Shown here one piece after another: positions 10,945-21,477 of a stretch of 64,000 bases of DNA. Each line of letters begins with the position of its first letter. Position 1 is the first letter of the stretch. The stretch covers positions 96,001-160,000 of the forward strand of contig CBDEUS010000002.1 of NCBI GenBank assembly GCA_965243395.1, given 5' to 3'. This DNA comes from Gammaproteobacteria bacterium. Its GTDB lineage: Bacteria > Pseudomonadota > Gammaproteobacteria > UBA4575. Under the pieces are notes generated by a model, which worked only from the letters and a program-made list of their open reading frames with translations, had not been told where the DNA came from and ran no database searches. A program made the position numbers and the translations under genes.

Positions 10945-11805
10945 TCACGTTGCCCAGATTCTTGGTTCACATGGTTTTTTATCTAATGTTATTTGCCTTA
11001 TTGTTTTCCAAATATCAATGAACTTATCCCGAATTGTCATTGAGTTCGTGTCCAGACATCTACAGACCAAAACATTTCCCATTACTGTTACGCTCAAACT
11101 TCTCACGTCATCAATCATTTTTTGTATGAGAAATTTTGCTTGTTGTAATTTTTCTACATCACTGTTAACCACTGTCATCAAACCCATTACAGGTTGGCCT
11201 TGCAATCCCCATAGTCCGTTAAATACTTCTGATCGATTTTGAATGGATACACGATCAATCAAAATCGGATCATCACCAATCCATAATTCATAATTTTGTT
11301 TAAATAAACCTTGGGTAAATTCCTCTTTGCATGCGGGACGACCAAAGCTGACAATCTCCCAGCCTAAAAATTTGCTGTCATTTGAAAGTTCAATTTTAGT
11401 ATTGGAATGCACCTTTGATGTATTAAATAAAATAGTATCCTGTGGAAGCCATTCCATCGTTGCATTTTCTTTGACGACAATATTTTGATTTTGAAATGCA
11501 GTATGCCCATTTGATTGATAAAATTTATTTGCTGCAGGTGTTGTAATAAGTGTAGAAGTATTTTTCTTGCAGCTTACATCTATATTTAAGCTATCTCCTC
11601 CGACGACTCCTCCAGGAGGATGTAATATATATAAGTGACATGTTTCTGCTTCAGGATAAAAAGCGCGCTGAATTCTCAAAGGCCCTTCATGTCGAAGCTT
11701 GTCCAGAACGGTTCTATCGTGTTTTTTTTGCAAGCTCAACTGTAATCTTGCTTCCCAGTTACTAGACGGGACTTCATCAACACGATTTTTAGCTACAGCA
11801 AGCAC
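10945..11805 (-). CDS. ureD: Urease accessory protein
   Basis: LHPPGGVVGGD, EWLPQ, ends PRIWAT. Confidence 0.95.
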   Translation of the reverse strand: MLAVAKNRVDEVPSSNWEARLQLSLQKKHDRTVLDKLRHEGPLRIQRAFYPEAETCHLYILHPPGGVVGGDSLNIDVSCKKNTSTLITTPAANKFYQSNGHTAFQNQNIVVKENATMEWLPQDTILFNTSKVHSNTKIELSNDSKFLGWEIVSFGRPACKEEFTQGLFKQNYELWIGDDPILIDRVSIQNRSEVFNGLWGLQGQPVMGLMTVVNSDVEKLQQAKFLIQKMIDDVRSLSVTVMGNVLVCRCLDTNSMTIRDKFIDIWKTIRQITLDKKPCEPRIWAT

Positions 11806-11809
11806 AAGG

Positions 11810-12016
11810 TTATTTTTTGCGAGTTTTATTATTTAAAAATGCCTTACAAATACCAACACCTACGAACAACAAAACTAACGCAATAACTGTATATGCAAGC
11901 AAGTTTTGTGAATTAGCCAACGCATCATGAGGCCAATGCCCGGGATGTGCGAATAAGCTTATTGGCACTATTATTCCGGCAATAATTGATAAAATTATAA
12001 TATAGGGTTTAATCAC
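11810..12016 (-). CDS. Small membrane protein with HupE/UreJ-like AHPGH N-terminus
   Basis: Signal peptide, AHPGH, then one TM helix; GGAG RBS; sits inside the urt-ure operon. Confidence 0.6.
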   Translation of the reverse strand: MIKPYIIILSIIAGIIVPISLFAHPGHWPHDALANSQNLLAYTVIALVLLFVGVGICKAFLNNKTRKK

Positions 12017-12042
12017 ATTTACTCCTTATTAAGAATAGACAA

Positions 12043-12726
12043 TTATACTTTTAAATAGCGATCGATAAGATCATCGTTTAGTTCGTTTATCTTTCCTCCC
12101 GCCATCATGGAGCCTTTTTCCATAATGCTGAAATCACTTGCTACTTTTCTGGCGAAAGGTAATTTTTGTTCTACTAATAATACAGTCAAGCCAAGATCTT
12201 TATTCAGTTTGTTTATGATATCGCCTATTTCTGAAACAATATTAGGCTGAATACCTTCCGTGGGTTCATCCAGAATTAAGAGCTCAGGCTCTATTGCCAA
12301 TGCCCTGCCAATTGCCAACTGCTGCTGTTGCCCTCCTGACAAATCTCCGCCTCTACGATTTAACATTTCTTTTAATACTGGAAATAGCTCATATATTAAT
12401 GTGGGTAATTTTTTACCTGATGCAATTAATCCTGTTGCTAAATTTTCCTCAACGGTTAACTGTGAAAATATTTCTCTACCTTGAGGAACATATGCAATTT
12501 TGTGACGAGCTCGTTGCTCTGAGGGTTTGGATGAAAACTCAATTCCATTAAATTTAATTTCTCCATTTTTAACTGGCTCTAGACCCATAATACATTTAAG
12601 AAGTGTTGTCTTACCGACTCCATTTCTTCCCATTAAACACATGCACGCCCCTTTCTCGATTTCCATATCGATATTCCAAAGCGTATGACTTTCACCATAA
12701 TAATGATCAAGATTGCTAATTTTCAC
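12043..12726 (-). CDS. urtE: Urea ABC transporter ATP-binding protein
   Basis: GRNGVGKT, LSGGQQQQLAIGRAL, DEPTEGIQP. Confidence 0.93.
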   Translation of the reverse strand: MKISNLDHYYGESHTLWNIDMEIEKGACMCLMGRNGVGKTTLLKCIMGLEPVKNGEIKFNGIEFSSKPSEQRARHKIAYVPQGREIFSQLTVEENLATGLIASGKKLPTLIYELFPVLKEMLNRRGGDLSGGQQQQLAIGRALAIEPELLILDEPTEGIQPNIVSEIGDIINKLNKDLGLTVLLVEQKLPFARKVASDFSIMEKGSMMAGGKINELNDDLIDRYLKV

Positions 12727-13508
12727 TGTTCACCCAAATATACTTCGATCACTTTTTGATTATTTTGCACGCTGTCCATAGAACCCTCCGCCAATACACT
12801 GCCTTGATGTAGCACAGTTACTCGGTTAGCTAGTGAGCGTACAAATTCCATATCATGTTCCACCACTACTACAGAATGTTTTTCAGCAAGCTTTGTTAAC
12901 AGCTCCGCAGTATGTTCTGACTCTTGTTTAGTCATTCCTGCAACAGGCTCATCCACCAACAGTAGTTTAGGGTTTTGCATAAGCAACATGCCTATTTCTA
13001 ACCATTGCTTTTGTCCATGCGAAAGTTCGCCTGCTTCACGAGATAAATAATCTTGCAAGGCAATAATTTCGAGTACCTCATGAATTCTATCGTTGTCTTC
13101 AGCTGTTAATTTGAAAAATAAATTTTCAAATACTTTTCTTCTACCTTCCAAAGCGAGTTTTAAATTTTCAAAAACGGTATGATTTTCAAATACAGTGGGC
13201 TTTTGAAATTTACGACCAATCCCTAAATTAGCAATATCCGCTTCACTGGTTACGGTAAGATCTGTCATGTCATCGAAAATGACTCTTCCCTCATCCGGTC
13301 GTGTTTTGCCTGTGATGATATCCATCATGGTTGTTTTACCGGCACCATTGGGTCCGATAATACTTCTTAACTCATTTTTATTTACATAAAGGCTCAAATT
13401 GTTTATTGCTTTAAAGCCATCAAAACTTACTGTCACACCATCCAGATATAGAATACTTTCATCAGGCAAATGTAATGCAGAGGGTTCTTGAACACTTGGA
13501 ATAGTCAT
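12723..13508 (-). CDS. urtD: Urea ABC transporter ATP-binding protein
   Basis: GPNGAGKT, LSHGQKQWLEIGM. Confidence 0.93.
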   Translation of the reverse strand: MTIPSVQEPSALHLPDESILYLDGVTVSFDGFKAINNLSLYVNKNELRSIIGPNGAGKTTMMDIITGKTRPDEGRVIFDDMTDLTVTSEADIANLGIGRKFQKPTVFENHTVFENLKLALEGRRKVFENLFFKLTAEDNDRIHEVLEIIALQDYLSREAGELSHGQKQWLEIGMLLMQNPKLLLVDEPVAGMTKQESEHTAELLTKLAEKHSVVVVEHDMEFVRSLANRVTVLHQGSVLAEGSMDSVQNNQKVIEVYLGEQ

Positions 13509-13512
13509 AACA

Positions 13513-14655
13513 TTAACCTACATTTACTTTTTTTGTGTCGGGTTCAATAGGTTTACTAGACTTTGTCGCAAAGTTTTTAACTGCTCCTACAATTCCTTTT
13601 GGCAAAAACAGCGTCACAAAAACAAACAGGCCGCCTAACATGAACAACCAAACCTCGGGAGCAGCCGCAGTGAAATATGTTTTAGCGAAATTAACCACTA
13701 CTGCACCTAAGGCAGCACCATACAGTGTGCCTCTTCCCCCAATGGCCACCCAAATCACCATTTCGATTGAATTGATTGGTGAAAATTCACCTGGGTTAAT
13801 AATGCCAACCTGCGGAACATAAAGCGCGCCTGCAAGGCCTGCTAACATGGCAGCTACTACAAAGACGAATAATTTGATGTATTCATCTCTATAACCTAAA
13901 GCGCGCACCCTACCTTCCGAGTCACGTATAGCGGTTACCAGACTTCCAAGTCTTGATTGCACAATAAACTTACAAATCAGGTAACCAAAAATTACCGCAA
14001 GACCTGAACAAATGAATAGCACAACTCGTGTTGCATCAGACTGAAGATCAAATCCTAAAATATCTTTAAAGTCTGTGAGTCCGTTGTTACCGCCAAAACC
14101 AAAATTATTTCTAAAAAATGCAAGCATGAGTGCATACGTTAACGCTTGAGTAATGATGGATAAATAAACTCCCGTTACCCTGGAGCGAAATGCAAGCCAC
14201 CCAAATACAAAAGCAAGCAAACCGGGTACAAAGAAAATCATAATGAAAGCAAACCAAAACATATCAAAGCCATACCAGAACCATGGCAACTCTTTATAAT
14301 TCAAGAAAACCATAAAATCCGGTAATACTGGGTGGCCATAAACACCGCGATCACCAATTTGCCTCATGAGATACATCCCCATTGCGTACCCACCTAATCC
14401 AAAAAATGCTCCATGTCCTAAACTCAAAATTCCCAAATACCCCCAAACGAGATCTAAAGAAATTGCGAGTAATGCGTAGGTTAAATATTTGCCAACCAAG
14501 GTAACAACGTAAGTAGACATGTGAAATACAGATGTCTCTGGCACAACTAAATTGCAGAAAGGGACTATCACCATAAGAGCTAAAATAACTGCTAGAAAGT
14601 AGCGACCTCCTTTATCGATTTCTAATAAACGAAAAATGATGGGCTTGTATTTCAT
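13513..14655 (-). CDS. urtC: Urea ABC transporter permease
   Basis: DLVWGYLGILSLGHG, LPDFMVFL. Confidence 0.93.
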   Translation of the reverse strand: MKYKPIIFRLLEIDKGGRYFLAVILALMVIVPFCNLVVPETSVFHMSTYVVTLVGKYLTYALLAISLDLVWGYLGILSLGHGAFFGLGGYAMGMYLMRQIGDRGVYGHPVLPDFMVFLNYKELPWFWYGFDMFWFAFIMIFFVPGLLAFVFGWLAFRSRVTGVYLSIITQALTYALMLAFFRNNFGFGGNNGLTDFKDILGFDLQSDATRVVLFICSGLAVIFGYLICKFIVQSRLGSLVTAIRDSEGRVRALGYRDEYIKLFVFVVAAMLAGLAGALYVPQVGIINPGEFSPINSIEMVIWVAIGGRGTLYGAALGAVVVNFAKTYFTAAAPEVWLFMLGGLFVFVTLFLPKGIVGAVKNFATKSSKPIEPDTKKVNVG

Positions 14656-14657
14656 TT

Positions 14658-16289
14658 TTAACTTTCTGCCGCTCTACCCTTAAGTGCAAACATGCCTCTT
14701 GGATACTTTTGTATAAATAAAATAATAAAAATAAGCACGAGAATTTTTGCAAACACAGCGCCCGTAAAGGGTTCCATAAATTTGTTAGCGATTCCTAATG
14801 TCATGGCGCCAAAGAATGTTCCCCATAAATTTCCAACACCACCAAAGACAACAACCATGAATGAATCAACAATGTAAGCCTGTCCTAAATTTGGCCCCAC
14901 GTTTGTAAGCTGGCTAAGTGCCACACCACCAACACCTGCAATTCCAGAACCCAAACCAAAAGTTAGTGAGTCAACCCAGTTGGTTCGGATGCCCATTGCT
15001 TTAGCCATGTTGCGATTCTGGGTTACCGCGCGCATTTGTAACCCAAATGAAGTTTTCTTAAGTAACCACAGCAACGCAAATAAAACCAATAAGGCAAACA
15101 AAACAATGTACATTCTGTTATAGGTAAGAGATAAAGCCGGATTGAATTCATATGACCCGCTCATCCAATCCGGTGTAATCACAGAACGATTAAGCGGTGA
15201 AAAGATTGATCGAACCGCCTGTTGCAGAATTAAACTTAAACCAAATGTCGCCAATAAAGTTTCAAGAGGTCTGCCATATAAATATCGAATGATCCCACGC
15301 TCTATACCTATCCCTACTAAACCTGTAAATATAAATGCAGCCGGAATAGCGATGAATAATGAATATTCAATCGAATTTGGCATGAGTTGCTGAATGACAA
15401 ACGTCGTATAGGCACCCAGCATTAACATTTCTCCATGAGCCATATTAATTACACCCATTACACCAAACGTTATCGCCAAGCCCACTGCCGCAAGCAGTAA
15501 GACTGATCCTAAACTCAAGCCAAAAAAGATATTTTCGATTTGTTTATAAAATCCCTTCTTAAGTTTCGTGGACTGTATGGACTCATCTAATGCTTCTAGA
15601 AGTTCTGTATCTTTTTCAGGTTTTGCAAGTTGTTCAGCATTTAATTTATCAAGCAAAATACCAATCTCTGGATAAAGAGATCCTGACAATGATTTTATGG
15701 CATGAACTTGTGTGTCTCGATCATCAGATTGCGCATCCACTGCGTGGATACAAATTTGCATAAGCTGTCTAACGTCTTCATCAGATTCCTGCTTGACTGC
15801 GTTTCTTATTATTTCGATTGACGATGGATTAAGATTTTTTAAGATATTTCTTGTTGCTTGTAAGCGAGTTTCTTTATTTTCGCTATAAATAGTTAGCGCT
15901 GCTATTTTTTCATTTAACAAGCCGCGTAATTTATTATTTATTCCTACTTTTCTAAGCTCTTTCTTTTTCTTTTCACCTAACGCTTCATTATTTATTGGAT
16001 CAAATGTTTTAAAATTTTTTGAATTAATCTTTTCAATTTTGACAACTTGTTTGTCTTTTTTTCCGTAATACAACTTCCCATCTAATAAGTTAGATAAGAT
16101 ACTCAGCGCAGACGGATGCCCAGAATCAGAAATAGCATCAATTGCTTTTGTTTTATCTGAAAAGCTTTTGGAAGTTAAAAGCTCAAAACTGCCTTCAAGT
16201 GAGTTGATATTTTCAGAAGACTCACTTGCAAATAAATTGTGTGTCGAGAACACAAAAAGCAACAGCATTACAGAGTAAAGCTTCATCAT
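14658..16289 (-). CDS. urtB: Urea ABC transporter permease with large periplasmic N-domain
   Basis: GVINMAHGE, ends KGRAAES. Confidence 0.93.
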   Translation of the reverse strand: MMKLYSVMLLLFVFSTHNLFASESSENINSLEGSFELLTSKSFSDKTKAIDAISDSGHPSALSILSNLLDGKLYYGKKDKQVVKIEKINSKNFKTFDPINNEALGEKKKKELRKVGINNKLRGLLNEKIAALTIYSENKETRLQATRNILKNLNPSSIEIIRNAVKQESDEDVRQLMQICIHAVDAQSDDRDTQVHAIKSLSGSLYPEIGILLDKLNAEQLAKPEKDTELLEALDESIQSTKLKKGFYKQIENIFFGLSLGSVLLLAAVGLAITFGVMGVINMAHGEMLMLGAYTTFVIQQLMPNSIEYSLFIAIPAAFIFTGLVGIGIERGIIRYLYGRPLETLLATFGLSLILQQAVRSIFSPLNRSVITPDWMSGSYEFNPALSLTYNRMYIVLFALLVLFALLWLLKKTSFGLQMRAVTQNRNMAKAMGIRTNWVDSLTFGLGSGIAGVGGVALSQLTNVGPNLGQAYIVDSFMVVVFGGVGNLWGTFFGAMTLGIANKFMEPFTGAVFAKILVLIFIILFIQKYPRGMFALKGRAAES

Positions 16290-16319
16290 TTGAGCCTGGA
16301 TTTGTTATTATTTTAATTG

Positions 16320-16347
16320 GCGCCACCCCCTCAGTAGAGGATGGCGC
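16320..16347. terminator. Stem-loop between urtA and urtB (mRNA-stabilising or partial terminator)
   Basis: GCGCCA..CCTC AGTA GAGG..TGGCGC inverted repeat. Confidence 0.5.
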
Positions 16348-16397
16348 AAGTTTGATTATAGTTTAAGAACAACTATATTTTTAGGGGGATACTGTGT

Positions 16398-17687
16398 TTA
16401 GTAATTCTGACCTGAGCATTTTTTAGTCTCAGTATTGTAATTACCGCAGTTAATGGGATCAGTCCAGTCTGCAACAATAATCTTGCTTTCTGGTAACCAA
16501 TCCGTCCAAGCATCTCCTTCAACTTCACCATCAGTCGACCAAACAATATCAAATTGACCGTCATCTTGAATCTCACCGATTAAGACTGGCTTTGATAAGT
16601 GATGGTTGGGGTGCATGATAGCCGTTCCACCCGTTAGATTAGGTACTTCAATTCCGTATAACGCGGGGCGCACGGTATCAACATCGGTAGAACCTACTTT
16701 CTCAACCGCTTTTGCCCACATCTTGAAACCGATATAGGTCGCTTCCATTGGATCATTTGTTACACGATCTTCATCACCAATAAATCCGTGCCATGCTTCA
16801 ATGAATTCGTCGTTTACTTCAGACTCAGCACTCATGAAGTAATTCCAGGCTGCTAAGTGTCCAACCAAAGGACCAGTATCAATACCAGATAGTTCTTCTT
16901 CACCTACTGAAAATGCAACAACTGGAATGTCCTCTGCAGACAAGCCCTGGTTACCAAGTTCTTTGTAGAACGGAACATTTGCATCACCATTAATGGTCGA
17001 AACCACAGCAGTTTTCTTTCCTGCTGATCCAAAAGATTTAATGTCTGAAACAATGGTTTGCCAGTCAGAATGTCCGAATGGCGTGTAGTTAATCATGATG
17101 TCTTCTTCAGCAACACCTTTTTGCTTTAAGTAAGACTCCAGAATTTTGTTAGTCGTACGTGGATATACATAATCCGTACCCGCTAATACCCAACGTTCTG
17201 CACCTACTTCATTCATTAAATAGTCAACAGCTGGAATTGCCTGTTGGTTTGGTGCAGCACCTGTATAGAAAACATTTTTAGAAGACTCTTCACCTTCATA
17301 CTGAACTGGATAAAAAAGCAATCCATTCAACTCTTCTACAACGGGTAATACGGATTTACGTGATACTGAAGTCCAGCAGCCGAATATCACATCGACTTTA
17401 TGTACTTCGATTAATTCACGCATTTTTTCCGCAAATAATGGCCAGTCTGATGCCGGATCAACAACAACCGCTTCGAGTTCCTTTCCTAGTAATCCACCGG
17501 CTTTATTCTGTTCTTCTACCATCATTAAAACCGTATCTTTAAGTGTGGTTTCACTAATTGCCATGGTCCCTGATAACGAATGCAAAACCCCAACTTTAAT
17601 TATATCGGCAGACAAACCAATCTGAGGTATAAACATGATTAGTACTGCCATGAGTATTGTTTTAAACAAGGGCACTTCTTTCCTCAT
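16398..17687 (-). CDS. urtA: Urea ABC transporter substrate-binding protein
   Basis: GVLHSLSGTMAISE, FGCWTSVSRKSV, NDPMEA. Confidence 0.95.
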   Translation of the reverse strand: MRKEVPLFKTILMAVLIMFIPQIGLSADIIKVGVLHSLSGTMAISETTLKDTVLMMVEEQNKAGGLLGKELEAVVVDPASDWPLFAEKMRELIEVHKVDVIFGCWTSVSRKSVLPVVEELNGLLFYPVQYEGEESSKNVFYTGAAPNQQAIPAVDYLMNEVGAERWVLAGTDYVYPRTTNKILESYLKQKGVAEEDIMINYTPFGHSDWQTIVSDIKSFGSAGKKTAVVSTINGDANVPFYKELGNQGLSAEDIPVVAFSVGEEELSGIDTGPLVGHLAAWNYFMSAESEVNDEFIEAWHGFIGDEDRVTNDPMEATYIGFKMWAKAVEKVGSTDVDTVRPALYGIEVPNLTGGTAIMHPNHHLSKPVLIGEIQDDGQFDIVWSTDGEVEGDAWTDWLPESKIIVADWTDPINCGNYNTETKKCSGQNY

Positions 17688-17800
17688 TTTACTTCTCCTG
17701 AGTTTTTTAAATTTTTAATGCTTCATGAAAGTAAAATCTCATTAATTACTACTCTCACAAACTCACACTTGTACAAATTTGCACAATTGCTCTACATTGG

Positions 17801-17817
17801 AGCAATATGTATGCCAA
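17801..17817 (-). promoter_or_regulatory. sigma54 -24/-12 promoter of the urt-ure operon
   Basis: TTGGCAT-ACATA-TTGCT. Confidence 0.88.
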
Positions 17818-17911
17818 GTAATAGAATTGACTGAATACAATAAGAAGATCAGTCGCTTACCGAAATTTTTAAGGTTTTATCGTTGACCTGAATTTCTGAT
17901 ATCGAATGAAT

Positions 17912-17928
17912 TGCACAGATATAGTGCA
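17912..17928. promoter_or_regulatory. NtrC-type enhancer site
   Basis: TGCAC-AGATATA-GTGCA, about 100 bp upstream of the sigma54 site. Confidence 0.8.
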
Positions 17929-18023
17929 TAGATGTGCAGTATTAGAGCATTGGGGTTAAGTAAGATACGAGTTAGGTTGGAAGTAGAATGTTTATACAAA
18001 CATCCGCAAATAAAGACAAATAT

Positions 18024-18611
18024 TTAATCAACCGTTATATATATATTTTTAAATTCATAATACGAATTTTCATGTGCATGAACTATGGTTTCTCCAGATT
18101 CTATTTCTAGATACCACACTAAAGTATTCCATATATCTTCACACTTAATTTCGAGCGTATTGTATTTTCCCCGAATGGTTTCGACCTGATAACTCAACCC
18201 AACTTTACATGTTCTAACTAAAACCTGATCGCCTAAATTTATTTTAAAATAAAATTTCCTATCCTTTTCCAACGGCCATATTCTCCCGCCATACTCAACA
18301 GTAACAGCATTGTCTTGAAAGGGCTTACAGTTTTTCCACAAGCTCGGAAATGAAAATTGAAAAAGTCTTTTAATAATGCAACCTTCGTTATCAATCCATG
18401 TGAGGCCGCTCTTATCTATCGCTGTGAGGGTTGATTTATAGGGTTTGCCATTTAGTAATGCTGAATATGTATCACCGATTTCAACTTTCTCCGGATGAAG
18501 AATTGTAAAAGTTTCATCAAGTTCAATTATTATCGGCTCATCAGCAAAGATATTTGCACTGAAAGTAATACTAGCCAGCAGCAAGAAATACTTTATACAT
18601 CTCGTCAACAT
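18024..18611 (-). CDS. Exported hypothetical protein
   Basis: Signal peptide, 195-aa ORF, RBS. Confidence 0.7.
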   Translation of the reverse strand: MLTRCIKYFLLLASITFSANIFADEPIIIELDETFTILHPEKVEIGDTYSALLNGKPYKSTLTAIDKSGLTWIDNEGCIIKRLFQFSFPSLWKNCKPFQDNAVTVEYGGRIWPLEKDRKFYFKINLGDQVLVRTCKVGLSYQVETIRGKYNTLEIKCEDIWNTLVWYLEIESGETIVHAHENSYYEFKNIYITVD

Positions 18612-19001
18612 AAGTTATCCAACTCCTAACAAGAAACATTTTTATCTAAATTTATTTTTTCAAGCAGGTTGACTCATTCGATCTTATCCAAGGATTTATA
18701 TACTTAGTGAGTCTCACAAGTTTTGTGATACATCAGTGTAAATTTAAAAATAACTTTATTCTATTGTTTTGGAGTAACAAAAGAATATTTTGATTATCCT
18801 AATTAAGAAAATTTCTAACTTATAGTAAATTTCTTAAGTTATTCATAGGTTTGGCAAAAAGTAATTTGCAAATGAGAATATCTAATTTGTATAAAATTTT
18901 TTTTAATAAATATTTAAATCAATTTCATAACTGATAAACAATTATCAATAGCCTTGAAACTCCAATTAATTTATTCGTATTTAATGCATACGAAGTAGGT
19001 T

Positions 19002-20402
19002 TTAAACGTGAACTTTAATCCACCTATTTTGACGAAAAATTATCAATGAAATAACAGCCATAAGGCTTTCCGCAATAAAGATGGCCCAGAAAACACCATC
19101 GGGATGCTCAAGAACCTTCAATGAAAACCAGTATGCAAATGGGATCTGAATTATCCAAAAACAAATAATATTTATCCAAGTGGGTGTATAGGTGTCACCC
19201 GCACCGTTAAAGGCTTGTATCATTGCCAATCCCAACCCATACAACCCAAAACCGTAACTTAAAATACGCAAACATTTAGCACCAATATCAATGACATCTG
19301 CTTCATGAGTAAACAACCCGATAATAAATTCAGGAATTACAATAAATACAAAAGAAATTAAAATCATTAAAGCAACGTTGTATTTAGTAACTTGATAGAC
19401 CGCCTGTTTTGCTCTTTCTGTATTTTTTGCACCCAAATTTTGGCCGACTAATGTTGATACCGAATTACTCAAACCCCATACGGGCATAATAATAAAATCG
19501 ATAACACGTATAGCAATGGTGTAACCCGCAAGTGCTGTACTGCCAAATTCCGCGATTATTTTCATTAAAAAAATCCAACTCGATGTGGCAATAAAAAATT
19601 GCAAAATTCCACCTATGGATACTTTTACCAATAACACGAGTTCATCAATAACGAGGGTCAAATCTTTAAATGCTAATTGAATTCTTGAAGAACCTTTATA
19701 CAAACTGTAAGCCACATACACTATTCCAATACCGCGCCCAAAAGTTGTGGCAATCGCAGCACCTTCTATACCCAACTTTGGAAAAGGACCTATGCCAAAA
19801 ATCAAACACGGGTCTAAAAAAATGTTAATGATGCTTGCTATCCAAATTGCTTTCATAGCAATAACAGGATTCCCTGCGCCCCTGCATATTCCATTTAAAA
19901 TAAATAACAACAGAATGGTTGCAGACCCGCCGAGCATAATAGCGGTATAACCATAATACTCATTTATGATTGTTTCAGAGGCGCCTACAAACGATAAAAT
20001 ATCTTTTGCAAATACGAAGCCACAAACTCCTATCACAATAGAAAGCACGATGCCTAACAATATTGATTGTCCGGCTAGTACTTTCGCACGTTGTATTTCA
20101 TTTTCACCAATTCTTCTTGCCACTAGTGCTGTTACAGAAATGCTCAATCCAATTCCAATGGCATACAACAATGTAATCACGGCTTCCGTGATTCCCACCG
20201 TAGCCACAGCTTCGGTTCCAAGTTTGGCAACAAAGAAAATATCCGTGATCGCAAACAGGGCCTCTATAGAAGTTTCCAACATCATCGGAATCGCAAGAAG
20301 CACAACTGCTTTATTCAAAGGAATACGTGTATAGTCATACTCATCACCCTGCAACGCAGACTTAACGAGCGCCCACCAATTCATTTGTTCAATCGTTTTC
20401 AT
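19002..20402 (-). CDS. MATE family efflux transporter
   Basis: 12-TM pattern, DIFFVAKLG, LGIEGAAIAT, GQNLGA. Confidence 0.93.
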   Translation of the reverse strand: MKTIEQMNWWALVKSALQGDEYDYTRIPLNKAVVLLAIPMMLETSIEALFAITDIFFVAKLGTEAVATVGITEAVITLLYAIGIGLSISVTALVARRIGENEIQRAKVLAGQSILLGIVLSIVIGVCGFVFAKDILSFVGASETIINEYYGYTAIMLGGSATILLLFILNGICRGAGNPVIAMKAIWIASIINIFLDPCLIFGIGPFPKLGIEGAAIATTFGRGIGIVYVAYSLYKGSSRIQLAFKDLTLVIDELVLLVKVSIGGILQFFIATSSWIFLMKIIAEFGSTALAGYTIAIRVIDFIIMPVWGLSNSVSTLVGQNLGAKNTERAKQAVYQVTKYNVALMILISFVFIVIPEFIIGLFTHEADVIDIGAKCLRILSYGFGLYGLGLAMIQAFNGAGDTYTPTWINIICFWIIQIPFAYWFSLKVLEHPDGVFWAIFIAESLMAVISLIIFRQNRWIKVHV

Positions 20403-21310
20403 GATGCTTTACAACTTTTACAATTAAGTTCATTGCCTGCACATAGTTTTGAAGATGACTTATTTGCAGGTAATTCAAAAAGAGCTAATCCAAACAAAAT
20501 GAGCCCTCCACCAACAAAGATGGAAACCGATAGAGGCTCATTATTTAAATAAGAACCCAGTAGTAAGGCACACACCGGTGTTATTAATGCTATGAGTGAA
20601 ACTTTCACTGCATTTAACTTATTCAATATGTAGTAATACATTGAAAAACCGGCCGCAGTCGCGATAGCCCCTAAATACAAAATCGAGAGAACAGGTCGAG
20701 TAGTAAAATTGCCAACGGACTCACCCGATAATAAAAAAGTCACCATGATTAATGGTACGGCTACAAGCAAACCTCCAAACGTAGATTGTGTTCCTGTAAT
20801 AGGTGCATTGATTTTCTTCAGAATCACAGCACTTGTAGCATGCGCAACTGTACTCATTAGCATGGCAAGCACACCAAATATTGAATGGATACCCATAGCA
20901 GCACTGGTATGAAAAATTACAATTAACCCAATAATTCCTAAAACCATTCCAAGTGTTTTATATTTTGTGAAATGGTTTTCATCTAATAAGACAATCGAAG
21001 CAACACCCGTGAAAATGGGGGATAAACCAAAAATCACAGAGATCCATCCAGATGGAATGTATTGAGCACTCCAATATACAAGTGACATCGCAAAATAAAT
21101 TCCCAAACCAGCAGCCAGATAGGCAACACAAGCTTGCATATTGAAAATTAGCTTTTGTCTGGAAACAGCAAATAATACGCCCAGCACAACAAGACCGAGA
21201 CTCATACGAGACATCAGTCCAAATAACATTCCAGATTCAATGCTCCACTGGATAGCAAGAGGAGTAGTACTCCAAATCAGCATGACAGATATATAAGTTG
21301 TTTTAACCAT
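20399..21310 (-). CDS. DMT/EamA family transporter
   Basis: IWSTTPLAI, 10 TM; ATG at 21310 preferred over the TTG inside the terminator U-tract. Confidence 0.88.
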   Translation of the reverse strand: MVKTTYISVMLIWSTTPLAIQWSIESGMLFGLMSRMSLGLVVLGVLFAVSRQKLIFNMQACVAYLAAGLGIYFAMSLVYWSAQYIPSGWISVIFGLSPIFTGVASIVLLDENHFTKYKTLGMVLGIIGLIVIFHTSAAMGIHSIFGVLAMLMSTVAHATSAVILKKINAPITGTQSTFGGLLVAVPLIMVTFLLSGESVGNFTTRPVLSILYLGAIATAAGFSMYYYILNKLNAVKVSLIALITPVCALLLGSYLNNEPLSVSIFVGGGLILFGLALFELPANKSSSKLCAGNELNCKSCKAS

Positions 21311-21329
21311 TAGTAATTTTTCATAAGGC

Positions 21330-21363
21330 AAAAAAAAGGCCGCTAGTTTTACCTGCGGCCTTT
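21330..21363 (-). terminator. Intrinsic terminator/attenuator upstream of EamA
   Basis: AAAGGCCGC-loop-GCGGCC followed by T8. Confidence 0.85.
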
Positions 21364-21386
21364 CGAAACGAATTCTTTGATTCAGC

Positions 21387-21470
21387 TCAACATAAACACA
21401 CAGGCAAGGAATTATCTGGACGCACTACCAGATCCCAAGTGATTTTTAGTTTTGTGGCTGAAATATTCAT
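21387..21470 (-). CDS. Putative leader peptide MNISATKLKITWDLVVRPDNSLPVCLC
   Basis: Short ORF between promoter and terminator; its 3' end is complementary to the terminator 5' arm. Confidence 0.65.
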   Translation of the reverse strand: MNISATKLKITWDLVVRPDNSLPVCLC

Positions 21471-21477
21471 GGCGCGA

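Noticed and set aside
1179-17542. Many short overlapping ORFs within the urt/ure/fmd genes
   Set aside because: Alternative-frame or antisense shadows of well-supported genes.
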